NCBI GenBank assembly: GCA_036172245.1
Contig: JAYWIR010000023.1
Location: forward strand, 1,984,001-2,048,000
Origin: Raillietiella orientalis
Taxonomy: Eukaryota
Reading direction: 5' to 3'
DNA: 64,000 nucleotides
This document shows, piece after piece, positions 60,551 to 64,000 of the stretch (the stretch's first letter is position 1; each line of letters starts with the position of its first letter). The position numbers and the translations under genes are program-made. The notes beneath the pieces were generated by a model, which saw only the letters and a program-made list of their open reading frames with translations, ran no database searches and was not told the DNA's origin.

Positions 60551-63320
60551 CTTTGGAGAAGATTCTACGGAAGTGTACCTGTTGGAGCGTACGATCCCGT
60601 GCGCCTTTGTAAAGTCATTTCCAGGAAAGCTTTTGCCGACTATTTTCCACGGGGGATTCTGGGAGATTGCTTTCATTTTCTTCTTCCGAACTACGCATCT
60701 AATTTCTAATAAATACGTATATAATGTCCAATATTATTGCTTTTTTTTATTCCATAATACCGTGTATCGTGTAATAAAAGTGCCTTGCACTTCTGTGCTT
60801 TTCAAGGCAGAACTTGGTGTACATCTTGTGAGAATGACTCTCCAGTATCCTAATTTTCCGAACTTTAATTGTAAGTAGATACTTGATACTGCAGTTGTAG
60901 CAAAGGTTATTACGCAGGCAAGTTGATAATTGCGTAAGGTGATTACGCAAGTAAGTAAGTAACTGGAATGAAATGAGTGCTGTTTGTGGGCACGAGAAAT
61001 CTCGGCCCGTAAGTCACATTGCATGACAATAAAAGACGGGAATAAAAGAAAACATATCAATCACACACACCTAATTCTACGCAGTAGCATCCGTGAACGA
61101 TTCTTGCAGCATTGTGCAGAGCTATAACGGGAACAGCCGATGTTCTTGGCAGAATTCAAAAAATGTCCTCCGCATCGTGGAGAGGTGAGATGTGCTACTA
61201 TTGGGCAGACAACGCTGGCGATTATGGACTGAAGTCAATGCCCAAGAGAGAGGAAGAAAAAAAAAAAAATGTAATTTTGCATCTCGACGGCGCTTGGTCT
61301 TTCATATTTGCCTCCATCTCAGGAGACTGTGTGGCTCAACCATTGGCCGCTTGGCATCCTCCCTAGAAAAAGCTGACACAGGATTCCAGGGAAGTGAGCC
61401 GCAACAACACGACATTCGAAGTGTCATCAGGCTACCAGCTGAGCAAGCTCGAAAATTTTCAAGGCCTTTTTGGAGAGATGGAGTGCCATTTGACCGAGGC
61501 TGGGACATTTGACCTACTGCTCGTGAGCCGATGGAAAGGACTGCCATCTAATCACGAGCAGTGGGTTGCATCTTCCACAAGAACCAATCCAAAGATTTCT
61601 CAATCCTGCCAGTATCACCCTAGATACTCCACCATTTGAAGACAGTGCCTGGCAGCAACATTCCCTGCAGATACATCCCGTTCTGACCTTCAAGGAATGC
61701 AAGAGCATTGGTGATCACATGATAACCATCTTAGGTTTGCAAAGCGTACTGGAAGCTATTAGGATCGGAGACCCGAGAAATGGTCTTCAGACCGCGTAAT
61801 GACGTCTCCAGTCAAGATTGTTCACAACTCGAAAGCAGCAGCAAAGCACAAACTCGTATGAGAAAAGTTAGTTCGCAAGTGCAGCCCAGCTCTAAGCATC
61901 CAAGACAATGCTTAGAGCATCTGTAGCTCCGATCGGACTTTGCCCCAAGGAAGGTCGGTGAAGAAGGAATCATCTGAGCAGAGAATGTCAAGGCTAAGAT
62001 GGAACTCGAAACGGATTTTTGCTCAGACTTAGATACAGCTGCCGGGCGTTTTCGTGCAAATGCTCATTTGCATAATCACGAACGGAGAAGCTGTTCCTGA
62101 GTCAGGAGATAGCGGGTTTGGATAAATCCATGTTTTATTTCCAGAAGGATAGAACAAAGTTACAAACATCACGAAAGTGTCTGGTGAAACATTGTATGTT
62201 CTCGAAAAGCTTCATTCCCTGAAGAGGAGCCGACGACACCAGTGGTAAGGTTACTTGGGTGGTTGGGTTTCTCAGAAAGTTCACACTCATTTCACTGATT
62301 CATCCCAGGAACGCAAGAAACAGAAGAGTCGGGCACCACAACAGCTTCCAGATCCAGGACGTAGTGTTGGGACGTTGTGAATTCTGCTGCATAGCAGCCT
62401 GTTTTTCCTCTGGAACGACAACCGAAACTAAGGAAGGATGGAATTCAATTATGCCAGATGAATTTCCATCCACACACACCGAAGAGCCTTTCGCAAACGC
62501 ATAAATCACACCACGAGTGTCTTATCCTCAGAATACTCAATACAAAGAGAATCTTTCACGAGGCATCCATTAGTTCTTTTTTTCTCAAATTCAATAAGAG
62601 AATTCACCCCGAAACCTCGGTAATCTGATGAATGATTTTTGGGCAGAGTGGTGCAATTTCATATATTCTTTAATGATAACCAACGCGGAGATTTGCACGC
62701 GCTCGCGCAACACCGCCACAGTGTGTCTTGATGTGTGCATGGCTGATGTGTGCTTCCACTACAACAGATTCATCTTACACCAAGTCGCTCTTTTGCTTCC
62801 TCCTGTTCTTCTCCTGATCAAGCTGAGCGTGGAGCCAAATTATTCTAGGCTTCCTTCTAGGACTGATCTTCAGCGAACGCTGAGATGGGCGGATTGGGCA
62901 CAGTTTTAGGGGTAACCTAGGGCTGAGTTATTATTTGTTAGTAATAGCTGCTCCCCTTTTTGGATGGTAGTTCTAGGCTGGGAGGGTAGACGTAAATGGC
63001 AGTAGTCGTCATTATTTCGGCCATTATTTGGGCGTCGTTATTACCGTTTCACACATCTTCCCAAGGATGGTATACTTGGTGATTCGAATATTGACGATCG
63101 TTTCATGAAAATAGGTCAAGATGAGCTGTTTACGAGCGTTTCAGATCTTCGTGGGTACTGTTGGTATCATGAGGTGAGAATGCAGCCAGAGGGCAGATTC
63201 TCAATCACGTGTTCTTTCAAACTTGCTGGCATATGGACTCAACTTCTTGGCGTTCTTTGGTGATATACTTGGAGTGAAAAATGCATGTCAGCTCTCAGAT
63301 CAAGGTGTGATACAAACAGC

Positions 63321-63357
63321 ACTTCCCTAAGATCTCCAGAAGAGATCTTAGGGAAGT
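63321..63357. repeat. Perfect 16-bp inverted repeat (hairpin)
   Basis: ACTTCCCTAAGATCTC-cagaa-GAGATCTTAGGGAAGT. Confidence 0.9.
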
Positions 63358-64000
63358 CTGGCGACCCAAGTGTGACCTTCCTAAAAGGCAAAAAAAAAAA
63401 AGAAGGAAGAACTCCTGACGTCCAAGTCCAGAGCTAGTCAAGGCAGAGTTCGCGTGCTTGCTTTCGGTACTTTCCAGAACGAGTCGCGAAGATCAAAGGA
63501 GTATGCGTGGATTATAATAGATGAATTTCGATACGTTCTTTCATCGGGAAGAATACGTGAAGATTTTCAAAGCACTTCTCGAAATTCATACAGCTTCACT
63601 CAGACTCGTGATCTGCTTTCGTTTTCTTCAGAATGAGATCGAGGGCAATCTCGCAGGACAGTGATCAGGCAGATTCGATCAAAGTGCACACACACCGATT
63701 AATGCAGCCGACACATGCCGGAGAAATAGACCCCACCCCCACTGGAAGAAGATTCCTCGTTTTCGGTACGCTTCCGCTTACATCTCCCCCCAAAAAAACA
63801 AAAAACAAATAGGACGGTTCGGGAATAATAATAATGATTACAAATACGGGAAACAGATCACCTTCCAGGATGTAGATTGTCACGCTGTCCGAAAGAACAT
63901 CCTTCGAAGAGCAGCTGTATCTTCCGGAGTCTTTGGACTTCGCCGAATTAATGAGCAGTTTGCTTGTTGTGGCTCCTTGTCTTTCGGTGTAAATACTTAT

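Noticed and set aside
60903..60960. 32-bp-spaced direct repeat; also short tandem duplications at ~38763 and ~31340
   Set aside because: Two-unit local duplications with no array structure; nothing CRISPR-like anywhere in the window.
62200..62520. DEG/ENaC TM1-like peptide (WKLLW...FLRNPT)
   Set aside because: Contains a stop and lacks the following FPxxTxC motif.

Overview
Eukaryotic (animal, probably protostome) nuclear DNA that is almost entirely decayed mobile elements, with one apparently intact host gene: a 2-exon secreted cystatin-like protein at 4121-4791. The main signal is a Tx1/L1-clade LINE family (CCHC-knuckle ORF1; APE-RT-zinc finger ORF2; tail-less AATAAA 3' end). Five copies are inserted antisense at the equivalent nucleotide of the codons for the conserved (R)RG-V motif in the endonuclease gene of related LINEs (junctions ~9639, 12755, 17267, 22545, 35570). 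Removing the insert rejoins the motif at three sites (GI|CARIS, GV|ALLWT, GV|VIYWT). This points to a self- or kin-targeting, site-specific retrotransposon that builds nested arrays; one copy (22597-23520) does not use the site. One of these insertions also contains a ~1.9 kb mitochondrial segment (12S-16S-nad1 NUMT), and several copies have twin-priming-type 5' inversions. Also present: NeSL/Utopia-like RLE retrotransposon pieces, a BEL/Pao integrase remnant followed by an env-like region, a hAT-type MITE, a 28S rRNA fragment ending near the hidden break, other LINE fragments and some low-confidence pseudogenes. All calls come from manual translation and motif recognition; no searches were run, and boundaries of decayed elements are approximate.
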